Source: Eledone cirrhosa (lineage: Eukaryota). From it: a DNA stretch of 64,000 bases. A program made the translations under genes and the position numbers. The notes under the pieces are model-generated. The model was not told where the DNA came from. It did not search any database and saw nothing but the letters and a program-made list of their open reading frames with translations. Shown here piece after piece: positions 23,445-36,758 of the stretch; within the stretch, counting starts at the first letter, position 1; every line of letters begins with the position of its first letter. The DNA lies in NCBI GenBank assembly GCA_964016885.1, contig OZ024753.1:29822001-29886000 (forward strand). The letters are read 5' to 3'.

Positions 23445-24375
23445 AAATAATATTTACAACACATGATATCTATTCAACGACTGCTTCAATATGGGGTCTG
23501 AAGTGTTGGCATACCCAAATACTGGACACCGTGCTGGTATTGGCAGACTTGAGAGATTATATAGTGTTGTGAGGGTGATGGTTGACTTCTCTTTCAACGA
23601 CACCACATATGTAATAGTCCATGGGATTGAGGTCTGGTGAGTTAGGAGGCCATTTGTCTTGAAGAATGTGGTCATGGAGATTGTCATGCATCCATGGTTA
23701 TGAGAGGCTGTGGAGACTTGTTAGATGAACGGCCTTCTGTTGCTTACCCTGACTATCCAGGGCTCACATCTGTCTCCAACAGCAGCATTGACTCGAAAAA
23801 AAATGAGGAAGCATGACATCACTCTCATTGCTGACGATACGCAGAACCACAGAACCATCACAGTTGCTGGAAATTAGGTGTGCCTGACCGTTGGAACCTC
23901 ATTTTGGTATCTTCATAGCCATCCATCGTTTCTTTGGTTTACTTTTTGGTTCTGATCAAAATTTTTCTCATCAGAAAAGAACCAAAGCATTCCAGCATTT
24001 TATCTTTGCATGGATCAAACAATTTTCTTTTATCACATCCAACATAAACTGGCCTCTCTGCATCACAAACAACTTATATTGAATGTCTTCTGATGGTGCA
24101 ATGGCTCTGATTGACTTTCATGGGGTTTTATCAATTAATTTTTGAACTTTTTTTTATAAAGTTAGGTCTTCTGATTGTATTAGGACCTTGTGCATGCATC
24201 TGGTGCTTGGCTGTTGCTGTTAGATCTCTGTCAACACCTTCCAGATCCTAACTTTGATGACGAAGGATCGGCCATCTTTCAAGAAGGAAGCTATCGCTGT
24301 TTTGCTATGCTGTGCTTTTAAGGCAATGATTACAGCATAACTTTTTATTTGCTGGGTCAATTTAATGTCTGGCAT
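23445..24375 (-). pseudogene. Decayed Tc1/mariner transposase (DDxD, maT/DD37D-like motifs)
   Basis: MPDIKLTQQIK start, MLWFFSDEKNFDQNQKVNQRND, and KWPPNSPDLNPMDYYICGVVEREVN; contains stops and deletions. Confidence 0.85.
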
Positions 24376-24624
24376 TATTTATCTGAAAAATTATAAAAAA
24401 ATAAATTAGTAATAAGAGAGTTAGAGTTCAATAAAGATGTGTCCTTCTGCTGACTTGAGGATAAAAGTACTAATTCAGCTTTCTGTTGGAATAGTAAATA
24501 TTTAGAAACTGCTAAAACCCTTAACAGTTCAGGGATTTGGGGGATTTGTATAATACGCAACAGAAACAATATGTTCCCTTTTAAATATGCTTCAACAGGT
24601 TGTATATGTATGTGTTTATATATA

Positions 24625-24947
24625 CAGCCCACACTGTAAAGTGGTCATGATGGCGACATAGCAAAAAGTACCCAGTCCACAATGTAAAATGGTTGTGCAT
24701 GGCAAAAAGCACCCAGCCCACACTGTAAAGTGGTTGTGTAGGCATCGCAACAAAAAGCACCCAGTACTCACTGTAAATGAGGTTGCCGCTTGGAAGGGCA
24801 TCCAGCTGTAGAAACCAAGCCAAAATCTGTTCTGTATGAGCATGGCATGGCAACCTAACCTAGTATTGCTCTCAACAGGATAAGTCATCTAACCCATGCC
24901 AGCATGGAAAAATGGACATGAAATGGTGATGATGATGATGATGATGA
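24625..24947 (+). mobile_element. RTE-associated 3' UTR fragment with four ~45-bp tandem units
   Basis: Repeated CCCAGCCCACACTGTAAAGTGG units, then GGAAGGGCATCCAGCTGTAGAAA and (TGA)n. Confidence 0.8.
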
Positions 24948-25503
24948 TATATGTATATATCATCATCATCATCATCGCTTAATGTCCATCTTCCATGCTA
25001 GCATGTAGTTTAAATAGTTAGTTTGCGTTAACATACATGTTTGGATATTTATCATTGGTAATCCTGTAACCAATTTTGTAAAGAGTAACATTCAGGTAAT
25101 TAGAAAACAGAGGCTTGTTTTGTTCCATCTCTAATCTATAAATAAGTTACTAATGTCTACTATTATATAGCCAGCTGTGTGTTATACCTGATAGTTTTCA
25201 TGATCGATTAAGATTTCATTAACTCTAGTATTACAGGAGTAGTAGTATTGCATGAGAATTGACAATTTTCAAGATAAAACCAGTCCTAACCGTCTAAGGT
25301 GAAGAAGTACATAAAATGCGAACTCACTCCGTGGCAGAGAATAATATAAAGTTAATTTTGTTGGCAGTGCACAAGGTGGCAAGAATATGTCTCATGATGG
25401 TGTTGTACTGAACTACCATATGGTCTAATGAAGCTCTGGAATAACTCAGTTAACCCGTCTGATACTAACCTGCCCAAAACCACTCATTTTAAAGGGTTCT
25501 TAT

Positions 25504-26402
25504 TTAACTCTTTTGATACCAACCCAACCAAAACCACCTCTGTTTCTATGAAACAAAACCACCCATTTTAAAGGTGCTTTAACACTTTAGCATTTAAACT
25601 GGCCGTATCTGGCCAGAATTCTCTCACCTCTTTCTGTTCAAACCGGCTGTAACTGGCTACTCATACTGATGTTAAGGTATTGTTCTCAAAATAAATAATA
25701 TCAAAATCCCATAGATTCAATATTATGTGAGGTAAAGCCTTTACCACAAAAATATAATAGTGAATATAGAGTAATGGAAATGCTAAAGGGTTAAGCTCCA
25801 TAGACTTTTTCGCATTTCTTTTAGAAGTCTTATATATGAATAACATTTACTATATATTATATATATATATATATATATATTGCCATCAGTTTTGAAGGTC
25901 TACTAGTACACATACATACACACAAATATTTAATCTTTCCACCATAAGAAATTTTTGTTCAGTCACGTTTCAAACACCAGCTTAATGGTAAAGTTAGCTA
26001 TTTTATCAAATTTCTTGATTATTTTCCAAATTAATTCAAAAACATAGTATATTTTGTTACAAATATGGTCATGAAAAATTTATGCTGTATATCTGAATTA
26101 TGCAATATATTTGATTTTGCAGAATTATGTCAAGTAAATTTATTTCTTTTAATATTTTCATGACTATATTTGTAACAAAATATACTGTCTATGTTGTTGA
26201 ATTAATTTTGAAAAATAATCAAGAAATTGGGGAAATTTGATAAAATAACTAAATTTTCTATTAAGCTGATGTTTTAACAAAAAGTTTTTATGGTGGAAGG
26301 GTTAAATTTAAGTACTTAAATTTGAATATGAATTAGTATAAGATTTTGTCTCATAGCTAGAACAAGGGGCAATCTCTAGTGGGTTGGTATCAAATAAGTT
26401 AA
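25504..26402. mobile_element. Nested TTAA-MITE complex (family 2 outer ends, family 1 and a fold-back element inside)
   Basis: Outer ends TTAACTCTTTTGATACCAACCC ... GGGTTGGTATCAAATAAGTTAA; inner elements at 25579-25794 and 25930-26305. Confidence 0.7.
25579..25794 (+). mobile_element. TTAA MITE family 1 (piggyBac-like ends)
   Basis: TTAA-CACTTTAGCATTTA ... AAATGCTAAAGGG-TTAA with the conserved internal AGAATTCTCTCACCTCTTTCTGTTCAAACC. Confidence 0.85.
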
Positions 26403-27360
26403 TAATGCTAATAACTGAATACTTAAACAATCCTATAAAACCTGTCTAAATGTAGAACATCATTGTAGCTTGATTTGAACTAATGACCTTTTGACGGGAT
26501 CATTTGTTGAATAACTTTACCATACTATTGTTTCAATGTTTAAAATCAATAAATATTTTAAAATACTGCTGTTACATGAATCCTAAATAATTTTGAACTT
26601 GGGATATTTGATAATGTATCTTAAAAACAAAAGCCAATATACATAGCTATGGATAGAATGAATGTAAAGGGTGCTTAACTGCTGATGGAATTGTAGGGGC
26701 GCCATCCTGACACATTTGTATAAATGTTATCTTGGGTATTTTTAAACTTGAATGAGCCAATCCCTTCCTGAGAAAGAGAATCGACACCAGTATTACACTG
26801 GTATTTTATTTATAGATCTTGAAAGGAGGAAAGGCACAGTTAACCTTGGTTTGATTTGTATTCAGAGCGCAGTAAGCTGGAACAAATACCAAGGCATTTT
26901 TAATCTGCTGCCCTATTAACGCCATAATAAAATAAAACACTATGGCCCTTTATGTTCTGAGGTTAGCTTTGCCTTTCATCCTTACAGGGTTAATAAAATA
27001 AGCTACCAGTAATGCACTGGGGTCGATTTAATCGACTTTTCCTTTTGCCCCAAATTGTTGGCCTTGTGCCTAAATCAGAAACCATTATTTTCTGCTTTTG
27101 TGAATTCCTTATAAGATGTCTAGGCTGTTCTATTTTCCTGTTATTTTGTGATAGAAAAAAAAAAAGAAATACCTGTTTCATCATCCTCATAAGATTGACA
27201 GTCACATTACGGAACTCTTTTTGGTTTAGATACTTTTTGGGGAGCCCCAAAGTCTAATACTGCTATATGGTTGTAATATAAATATACTTCTCTACCTTTT
27301 TTCATGGAACCCCAGACACTCCTTTGCAGAACCCACTTTTGGAATCACTGGTTGAGAAGT

Positions 27361-27644
27361 CATCATCATCATCATTTCATTTTACGTCCGCTTTTTCCCT
27401 GCTTGCAAGGGTGGGACGGGAACTGATTCTGGCTTGATTTCTACAGCTGGATGCCCTTCCTAACACCAACCTCATTTACAGTGAGTGCTGGGTGCTTTTT
27501 TGCCGTGGCACCTCCACGACCACTTGGCAGTGGAATGATAGGGACCCCAGTCCCTATCATCTCATTTCTACAGCTGAGTAAACTGGAGCAATGTGAAATA
27601 AAGTCTCTTGCTCAAGGAAACAACACATCACCCGGTCTGAGAAT
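27361..27644 (-). mobile_element. SINE family A, head truncated
   Basis: Reverse complement of the 35600 copy; (CAT)n at the left end. Confidence 0.9.
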
Positions 27645-29576
27645 GAAAGAATTTACATAGCTTCTAAATTGTATTTATTGAGGAAATAGAAATTATTGTT
27701 TTGGGGGGAAAACAGTACACTATCAGCCCATGGTATTTCACTAACATTATAGCTTTCATAGATAACAGTCTTATATATCAAACAGATTTTACAATAGTTT
27801 GCCTTGAAATCAATATTCTGCTAACTTAAATAAAAAATTTCAAATGAAAACTTATGACAAATATATTACATTTTAATAAAATACAAAAATATATTAACCT
27901 ATTAAAATATAGAACCAAATTTTTTTTTATCTAACCCTTGCTTTGTGTAATAGGAAAAAAAATGTTTATATTTGGAGATATAAAGAGACTTTATGGTGTA
28001 AAGGGACTAACCTATTTAGTATTCTTGTGGTTTCGATAAACTTTTTTTTAGTTTATTGTATTCTATGTTGTTCTGTGTTATTGTCATTAGCTTCATCTGG
28101 TTTTCCATGGCAACATTCATTAGACAAGTCAGCATTACAGCTTTCTTTCACTTGATCTTCTATCTGGTTATATTATGTTTTACAGTCAGTTGCTTGAGTG
28201 AAGATTTAGCTTATTGCTTCAAACCATTGCTTTGGTTTACCCTTTGCCTGACTACCAGCAGTTATGGACTTGCAATATTTACTTAGTTCCCATAATTCAA
28301 TTTTCTCTCAGCATGACTGTCATGCAGTTGTTCATCTTGTCCACTGGATAGATATTCCACTATCCAACATAGAAATGTTTTGTTCTTGATGTCTAAGAAA
28401 AAACGAATATACATATATATATATGTATGTATATGTATATATATATATATGTATATGTTGATATAAATATATATATATATGTGTGTGTGTGTATATATAT
28501 ATCATCATCATCGTTTAACATCTGTTTTCCATGCTAGCATGAGTGAGACAGGTTTTCCTGTTTGAAGAAAGTTGGGTCAGGTGACCATTACATATATGTG
28601 TGTGTAAATTATTTTTATAATCTACTTTTCAGAAATTAGACATGTACTAAATAAGTAGAATGGGATGTCACCATTCAAAAGGAAGTCTAGAATTTTCTTG
28701 TAGATATGATATGATATATAGAAAGAAGTTAATGTCTGATGTAAGACTATTTTCTTCTCTACTTCAATAGCTTTTCTATGTCCAATGAAGAGTGTAAGAT
28801 TATAAATGTAGTATTTTATTTACTCTCTTCCTTTATATATGAGTTCATCATTTCTTTGACTATATTATTGAAATATAAAGTCTGGTGATTGAAGAAGGTT
28901 ATTCATGGCTGTTTGACTCAATATTTTTCTAAATGGGTATTTGTTTTATAAAAAAGAAAAAAGTCAACATAAGTAATGTCACACATTCTCTTCTGTAATG
29001 TAACCAAGCTTATTGAGTTATAAAACTAATATATCAGACACCAAGTTGTACTAAAATGTATTTCACAAATTTTAATTTAATTTTGAAGCTTACATATTCT
29101 CTTTCTTTCATGATATATAATGGTTTCTGTGGGGATGGGAAAATTGATTAAATCAACCTCAGGGCATTAGTGGTACTTTATTTTATCCATCCCATAAGGA
29201 TGAAAAGTAAAAGCTAACCTCGACAAGAGTTGATCTCAGAACGTAATGATTAGAGTTAGAATGCAGTTAGTTTAACTTGTTATAGAGAATGCATGAATTA
29301 TTAAAATGTCAACCTCATAGCTTGATCATGTTAAACATACAGCACCTCACAGGAAGGAGCACTCCTAGAGGAAAAGAATTTGATGAAGGATCTAGGCTAG
29401 TGGATTCTATCATAAGTTGTTATATAGGATGAAGAAAATATTACTTATAGTCTCAGCCATATGGCTTAAGAAACAAAACTCTGATATTAGTATTGATTTC
29501 AAATACATAACTCTAGTTTCTGTGATAGTTTGGTAGCTACATGTAGAGAGAAGACCAACTGTTGGTCAGAAATGCG

Positions 29577-29804
29577 TTAACCCATTAGCATTTACATTAC
29601 TCTATATTTACTATTATATTTTCATGGTAAAGGCTTTACCTCACATAATTATCTCACATAATATTGAATCTATATGATTTTGATGTATTTATTTTGAGAA
29701 CAATATCTTAACGTCAGTATGAGCGGCCAGTTATGGCCAGTTTGAATAGAGAAAGGTGAGAGAATTCTGGCTAGATACAGCCGGTTTAGATGGTAAAGGT
29801 TTAA
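29577..29804 (-). mobile_element. TTAA MITE family 1
   Basis: TTAA at both ends, TIRs and internal consensus. Confidence 0.85.
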
Positions 29805-30899
29805 ATGATGATGATGATGACGATGATTACAAAATGGCAAAATTCTTGAGTAATTATCCAAAAATATCATCTCACTTTAGTGGTGAAGAATACTTCATAA
29901 TTAGTTAAGAATTCATTGACGATGTCACCAGTAGGCTATGTAAAAAACTACCTTAAAATGACATCATTGCTGAATGGTAGCCTGGTTCCACAATAAGAGC
30001 CTTGTAAATATTCTTTTTATTTGTCTCTGTATTTGTTTGACATGGTGGAGGTGGCCAGGTGGTTAGGTGAATTCTGTTGTTCCTACTGCTTTATTCCTTT
30101 GAGCTAGACAAGGGAGATAATATACTGATATTCACGTACTTATGAATGGATCAGACTACGTGCTAGGTGAAAATGTCCACGAAGCTGCTGTGAGTTGGTG
30201 GAAGGAAGAGGAATAGGAATCCATGGTAAGAACTTGGTTCAAGAAAGCCTTGTGGGTAAGTAGTTAGTGCAGAAGTAAGAACAATGGATTTCAGAGAAAG
30301 ATAGCATTGGACTGAGATGAGTGAAAAACTTCTGTATTGCTGTGCAGACCTATTCAAATGATTACTACCCTGTGGACATAAAAGCAATCATTACAATAAT
30401 GGTGATTATGGACATGGAATAAAAGTATACACATTCCTCACTGCATAATTTTGAGTGGTTGGTGTCTGGACATGCAACCTTAAACACCTGCATCAATTCA
30501 GACAAGCATCTAATTCTCTACAACTCATATCAGATACATTAATTCATGAATGTGTACTTGAGTGTGTGAATGTGTAATGTAAATATAGATTCATAGATAT
30601 GTTTATAGGCATACATGTGTGTGTGTGTGTGTGTGTGTACTGTATATTACATAGTTGCATATATATGTCGTGCCAGTAGATATGTAACAGGCTTTTTTTT
30701 TATGTTATATTTCATGGAAAAAAAGGTGTGACTTATACACAAGTGTGTATATGTGTATATTTATATATATATATACATATAAGCAGAGATGCAAACCCCT
30801 GACTTGCTTCGGAGGTTAGTATCCTCGTTTCAGTACTGACTCGGTCTGTGAAGACCCATGCAACTCTTGTTAGCAGGGAAAGTGGGCATTAAATGATGA

Positions 30900-30964
<65 letters not shown>

Positions 30965-30970
<6 letters not shown>

Positions 30971-31100
30971 CAAAAGGCAAACAGAAATAACAAAGCAAAT
31001 GACACAGTACAATGAAGAAATATATTATTAGTTTTAAGCTTCATATAGAAGGAAAAGAGTCTTAACGTTTCGGATGCTAGTCCTTCATCAAAATTTCTGA
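30965..31100 (-). mobile_element. Penelope-like terminal fragment with minimal hammerhead motif
   Basis: Minus strand TTGATGAA-GGA-CTAGCA-TCC-GAAACGTTA (31061-31091), then AAACTAATA...GTACTG, ending in (TA)n. Confidence 0.65.
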
Positions 31101-31107
31101 AAAAGCT

Positions 31108-31285
31108 TGGATCGGTAGAGGGTCGGACGCCATGCTTTGCAGCATAGAGTTACTGCTCTTGTCATTCTGAGTTCAAATCCCGCCGAGGTTAACTTTCCTT
31201 TCATCCTTACGGGGTCGATAAAATAAAGTACCAGTAATGTACTGGGTAATTGCTGGCCTTGTGCCAAAAGTAGAAACAATTATAT
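31108..31285 (+). mobile_element. SINE family B
   Basis: ATCGGTAGAGGGTCGGACGCCATGC...GTGCCAAAAGTAGAAACAATTA. Other dispersed copies lie at about 26940-27090 (+), 38045-38240, 45365-45530, 46160-46530 and 51930-52035 (-). Confidence 0.85.
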
Positions 31286-31562
31286 AGACAAACATACACA
31301 CACACACGTGTGTGTGTGTGTGTGTGTGTGTTTGCTTCTTAATCACGAAGTCCTGGATGGCATCTTAGGCAAGTGTCTTTACTACAGCCTTGAGTGAAAT
31401 TATGTAGATGTTAACTGTGTAGAAGCCCGCTGGATGGAATGTACATGTAATTCAAAGGTCCAGCCTCACCACATATTGTGTTAAGCTAATTCTGCTTGAG
31501 AGTCACATGAAGGATATACTTGTCTGAGGTATACTCAACCACTTACATGTTAATTCATGAGT

Positions 31563-32060
31563 TTAACCCTTTAGCATTTAAACCGACCATATCCGACCAG
31601 AATTCTCTCACCTCTTTCTGTTCAAACCAGCCCTAACTAGCCAGTCATACTGATGTTAAGGTATTGTTCTCAAAATAAATAACATCAAAATCTCGTAGCT
31701 TTGATATTATGTGGGATAATTTTGTGAGATATAGTTTTTACTGTGAAAATACAATTGTAAATATTGACGGTCGATTGTCAAGATCCCAGACCTCATTTGC
31801 TTAACGAGTGGGGTGGAGCTTGTCAAATCGGACCGAGGAAACAATGTTTCCGTTGGTCCTTCCAATTGCTAATACTATCTGTCGGTTGCAAGTCCAGACA
31901 GAAGGAGCAACGTGAAATAATGTGCCTTGCTCAAGGTCATAACGCATCGCCTGGTCCAGGAACCAAAATCATAATTCCACGATAGTGAATCCAATTCTCT
32001 AACCACTCTGCCACGAGCATTCATAGTAAATATAGAGTAATGTAAATGGTAATGGGTTAA
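31563..32060 (+). mobile_element. TTAA MITE family 1 interrupted by a SINE
   Basis: The MITE consensus stops at 31764 and resumes at 32023. Confidence 0.85.
31765..32022 (-). mobile_element. CORE-type tRNA-SINE with a distinct 3' body
   Basis: Minus strand GTGGCAGAGTGGTTAGAG...GACCTTGAGCAAGGCACATTATTTCACGTTGCTCC; TSD ATTGTAAATAT / ATAGTAAATAT. Confidence 0.75.
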
Positions 32061-32658
32061 TGTTGATCAAACAACTAAATGTTCATCATTGAAACTGACG
32101 GAGGATTCATTATTACTACTTCATATTGTTAACGGTTATTCAATAATATATTTTTTCTTCTTGCTACTTGATACAAGAGTTGTAGCTGTAGTAAGTATTG
32201 ACTTAGTGAGCTAGCATCAGATAGATTTTTCTGGTGACAACCTTATATTTCCTCTAAATAAATGTTCTACTTTCCCTTCAGATGAATAATTTTTCACTAG
32301 CTCTTCTTATTCTTCCTAAATAACCAACTTTACTTTTGCACACACACACACACACAGATGCATGCACATACACACATACATGAGCACACACAGGCATAGA
32401 TGCGTGCACAAGCATACACAACATAGCCACACCCATACAAGTACATGCAAACACAAACACATACATGCACACACACACACAAATACACACCACATCTAAC
32501 CATAGCCCTAGATTACTTCAGCTTCAGATTAGATAGGTTGCAACACCCCTTTTCTGATCCAACCTTCTGATATCATTTTGACCTTTTTCAATGATCAGAG
32601 AGAGGGAGGGACTCATATTAGACTTTCAGGTGATTATGTGTGTGTGAATGTATGTGTA

Positions 32659-32695
<37 letters not shown>

Positions 32696-33241
32696 GAATA
32701 CCAAGTAATTTCCAAACAGTGTGACCTATTTTTAACCAGAGGCAAGAGTAAAGTAGCTATTGAGTAACCTATAGTTAGAACTTGCAACCTAAATATCCAA
32801 TAAGTATAAGAAGGCATAACGACATTCAAAAGAAGAAAAAAAGACTATAGAAACAGAAAATATTCCCATGACCATAAATTCACCACTTAGAGCTGGCAGA
32901 ACTCTAATCTATGCAATAACAATACTCATTTTGTCTAACTGCTACTATTTCAAGTAAAAGATAGAGAGAGAATAGTGGCAGATTCTAAAATAAAATTATC
33001 CTCAATACTTTAAGAATGACGTGAAAAGACAAATAAATGTATAAAATTTTGAAATTTTCTTTTTCCTTTCCCCGTTTAGAATTACTTGAGCATTTGAACT
33101 GTTTCAGCTGCAAGAGGCAGCTAAAGAATATAGCTCCAATTTCTTTTCTTGATCATTGAAATTACATTAACCCTATAATTCCTTTCCTTTACTTCCTCGA
33201 GGCTTCTTTTATATATATATATTACATACATATATGCACAT

Positions 33242-33292
<51 letters not shown>

Positions 33293-33638
33293 GTCATGCA
33301 AACATGGAAAATAGACATAAAGCAGTGGTGATGCTGATATCATCATCATCTTATATATGTGAGGCTACAATGTTGGCGATCAGATGGAGACCTAAAAATA
33401 GCAGCCCCAAAGTCCTCAAACACACTGTACCATCTTTACAAAGCATAGAAAGGTCATATTATATAATGTAGGTTAATTCTCTCATTACTACTTCAGAAAG
33501 TATGGGTGATGGCTGTTTGTGTTGATGAGATCATAAGACAAAATCAGATGTGGAGTTGTCTTCTCTACTTGCCAAAAACTGGAAATAATATTACTCTTTG
33601 ACTAATAAGTATTTCTTGTTAGCTTTTTACTCTCTGTA

Positions 33639-33857
33639 TTAACCCTTTAGCATTTAAACCGGTCATATCCAGCCAGAATTCTCTCACCTCTTTCTGTTCA
33701 AACTGGCTGTAACCGGCCACTCACACTGATGTTAAGGTATGGTTCTCAAAATAAACAATATCAAAATCTCGATATTATGTGAGATAGTTGTGGGGTAAAG
33801 CCTTTACTGTGAAAATATAATAGTAAATATAGAGTAATGTAAATGCTAAAGGATTAA
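33639..33857 (+). mobile_element. TTAA MITE family 1
   Basis: TIRs and internal consensus. Confidence 0.9.
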
Positions 33858-35037
33858 ATATGTTAACATTTACACAGCTGATCTTTTGGACTTTTACAAA
33901 ACACTGAAGGGATAAAGTTAATATAAAGAGTGGTGTGCTCATGCGTGGAGATGCTATAAAATATCTTATAAAATAGGGTGAAGACCCTTAAAGACGGGAA
34001 AAGAAGATGCAATCGGCTGCTACAAGGAATTGAACCTCATCTCCCAGATAACATTATTTTAACTATTGAAATAAACTGTCTAAAAGAATGCGGGTGGTTG
34101 TTGTTGGAATGCCTTTGATTAAAGGTGTGCTCAGTCACTACTGACCTGGTATTATACAATATTTAATTTAGAGTTGAAATAGTGAGGAGGTATTGTGATA
34201 GAAGAGATTATTGTCATTCTTGAAATAGTCCATTTTTCTGTTTGCTCAGAATTAATTGGTATCTTAGGGAGTTGAACATGAGGAAAATTGTGATATGAAA
34301 TCTAATCCATAAAAGAAAATACCTATAAAATGATTTTAATTAAGGTGAAGTTTGGTGATAGGAATATGAAGCTTGGCTTGACTTATATTTAATTTCAAAC
34401 TGTTTTTAGTGGTATTTCAATGACCTAGTTTAACATACATATGTGGTTGAAATATATTATTATGTTTGGAATTTGAAATGGAAAGTCCAGTGATCTAGCT
34501 ATTACTATACCAAATTAATAGTACGAAGTACACAATGTTAAAATCGTTGGTGATAGGAATGGCATGCGGTTGCATAAAACCTGCCAAACAAAGGGTCAGG
34601 AGGACTCATCAGCTGTATCAAAGACATGACAATCTCCTTACTGCTGGTGTCATGATAAAATAGCCTTCATAGACAGGGGCGGTGGAAGGTTTTCTGAATT
34701 GTGTGTGGAGGGGTGGGGTGCATTGGTCAATTTAGTTGTAGTGATTAGTTTAGTTGTTATCAAATATCAACCAAGGTATAAAATTCTCCGATATGCAGTA
34801 AACATAACATGTACATAAATTGCATCTCATATACAAATAAATCTGTGTTTTGGTAATTTGGGGAGAAAAATATAATTATGGGGGGGGGGGGTAATTACAG
34901 CTGGTTTGAACAGAAAGAGGTGAGAGAATTCTGGCCGGTTTAAATGCTAAAGGGTTAAATGATGTTGATGTTGACAAATATTTCCAAATATATTTTTTTT
35001 CTGGTCATACTTCAGTTGTTGCTATATATATGAGATG

Positions 35038-35113
35038 TATTTGGTCGTCAAGTATGAAATTTGTAGAAATTTTTTTTTTTTTTCCTACTAATTTCATACT
35101 TGACGACCCAATA
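35038..35113. repeat. Inverted repeat with poly-T spacer
   Basis: GGTCGTCAAGTATGAAATT / AATTTCATACTTGACGACC perfect 19-bp core, extending to about 29 bp with mismatches. Confidence 0.85.
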
Positions 35114-35214
35114 AATAATTCAGTATCAGTGAATTGTTTTCCTTACAAATAGGCTCTTTCAAATTTAACTGCATCTTTATAATCATTATCTTTATAAAAA
35201 AAACCCAACAAACC

Positions 35215-35450
35215 AAAAAAGAGACTGTTGTGACAAAATACACTGTTTTAAGCCTTTATATTTCCCATGACATATCTTTCTTATTAAATGAGAATAATGC
35301 CTACGTATGTTATATTCATTTAGTATTGCAATAGTCACACTGCATATTCTGCACAATACATTATTGTTGTTTTCACTTAGAAAATATTCCATTCTAGAAT
35401 GTTCTTTTAAGTTGTGGCATTCAGAGACAACATTTTGCTTTTTCTCCTTA
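35215..35450 (-). pseudogene. hAT (Charlie/SPIN, GTF2IRD2-like) transposase N-terminal zinc-finger remnant
   Basis: KKQNVVSECHNLKEHSRMEYFLSENNNNVLCRICSVTIAILNEYNIRRHY resembles the CLIC...KEYNIRRHY motif of this family. Confidence 0.75.
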
Positions 35451-35599
35451 AATATGTTTATAAAAATATGTATATATATATATATATATATACACGTATA
35501 TATATGTATATGTGTGTTTGCATGTATAAATATGTGGGTTTGTGTATAAATATGTATGTTTATATATATTATATATCTATATATTATATATCTATATAT

Positions 35600-35937
35600 G
35601 GAGGCACATGGCTTAGTGGTTAGAGCATTGGCCTTGCAATCGAAAGGTTGTGAGTTCAATTCTCAGACCGGGTGATGTGTTGTTTCCTTGAGCAAGACAC
35701 TTTATTTCACATTGCTCCAGTTTACTCAGCTGTAGAAATGAGGTGATAGGGACTGGGGTCCCTATCATTCCACTGCAAAGTGGTCGTGGAGGTGCCACGG
35801 CAAAAAAGCACCCAGCACTCACTGTAAATGAGGTTGGTGTTAGGAAGGGCATCCAGCTGTAGAAATCAAGCCAGAATCAGTTCCCGTCCCACCCTTGCAA
35901 GCAGGGAAAAAGCGGACGTAAAATGAAATGAAATGAT
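35600..35937 (+). mobile_element. SINE family A, full length
   Basis: Complete head, CORE-like domain and RTE tail; near-identical to the other copies. Confidence 0.92.
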
Positions 35938-36542
35938 ATATCATCATCACCATTTAGTGTCCATTTTTCCATGCTTATATATGTGTGTGTGTATATAAAT
36001 TTGTATGTTTGCCTATATATATGTGTGTATGTGTATATGTATGTTTGACTATATGTGTGTGTATGTATGTATATGTGTACACATCTGTTGTTAAACACCA
36101 TTTTTTCTTACAAAGTTACTAAAATACTAGTTGAAAATGAATAATAGTAGAGACAAATATAACAGGTTTCAAATCACAAGAGTAATAAAAGTAGAATTTA
36201 TATAAAGCATATTGTGGTGAATATATATTATACATATTTTCTTGTTTATGAAACCAAATGTGATTGTGTGTGAAAACAGTGTATTTACATACGTGACTTG
36301 ACAATTTTATTTCTCATTCAACTTCAACATGCCTTGTTGTTATTTAAGACTGCCAAAAATGTGACGAAACAAATGGCTGGTTTATTTATATGCTACGTTC
36401 AAAAAGTTTCAGCAGAAAGAGAAAGAAAGATTTTATGGAGTGTTTTGCTTTATATAGCCAAAATGGCTGCAAGAGTACAAGTCTTTTACAACTAGTGAAA
36501 AAAAAAACTGTTACCTGCCACAATTAGGGAGTTGCTACACAT

Positions 36543-36758
36543 TTAACCCTTTAGCATTTACATTACTCTATATATACTATTGTATTTTCATGGTAAACAC
36601 TTTATCTCACATAATATTGAATCTAAGAGATTTTGATATTAATTATTTTGAGAACAATACCTTAAAGTCGGTATAAGGAGCTAGTTATAGCCAGTTTGAA
36701 TAGAAAGAGGTGAGAAAATTCTGGCTGGATACAGCCGGTTTAAATGCTAATGAGTTAA
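36543..36758 (-). mobile_element. TTAA MITE family 1
   Basis: TIRs and internal consensus. Confidence 0.88.

Noticed and set aside
33050-33130. Strong plus-strand acceptor TTTTTCCTTTCCCCGTTTAG as the next exon of the 18.6 kb gene; similar sites at about 44398, 52482 and 59803
   Set aside because: No matching strong donor or convincing coding frame follows.
35600-35675. tRNA-Ala(TGC)-like gene, repeated at 22348, 43069, 47414 and 58640
   Set aside because: It is a SINE head: A and B boxes are present but the acceptor and anticodon stems pair poorly, and it is always fused to the CORE-like body.
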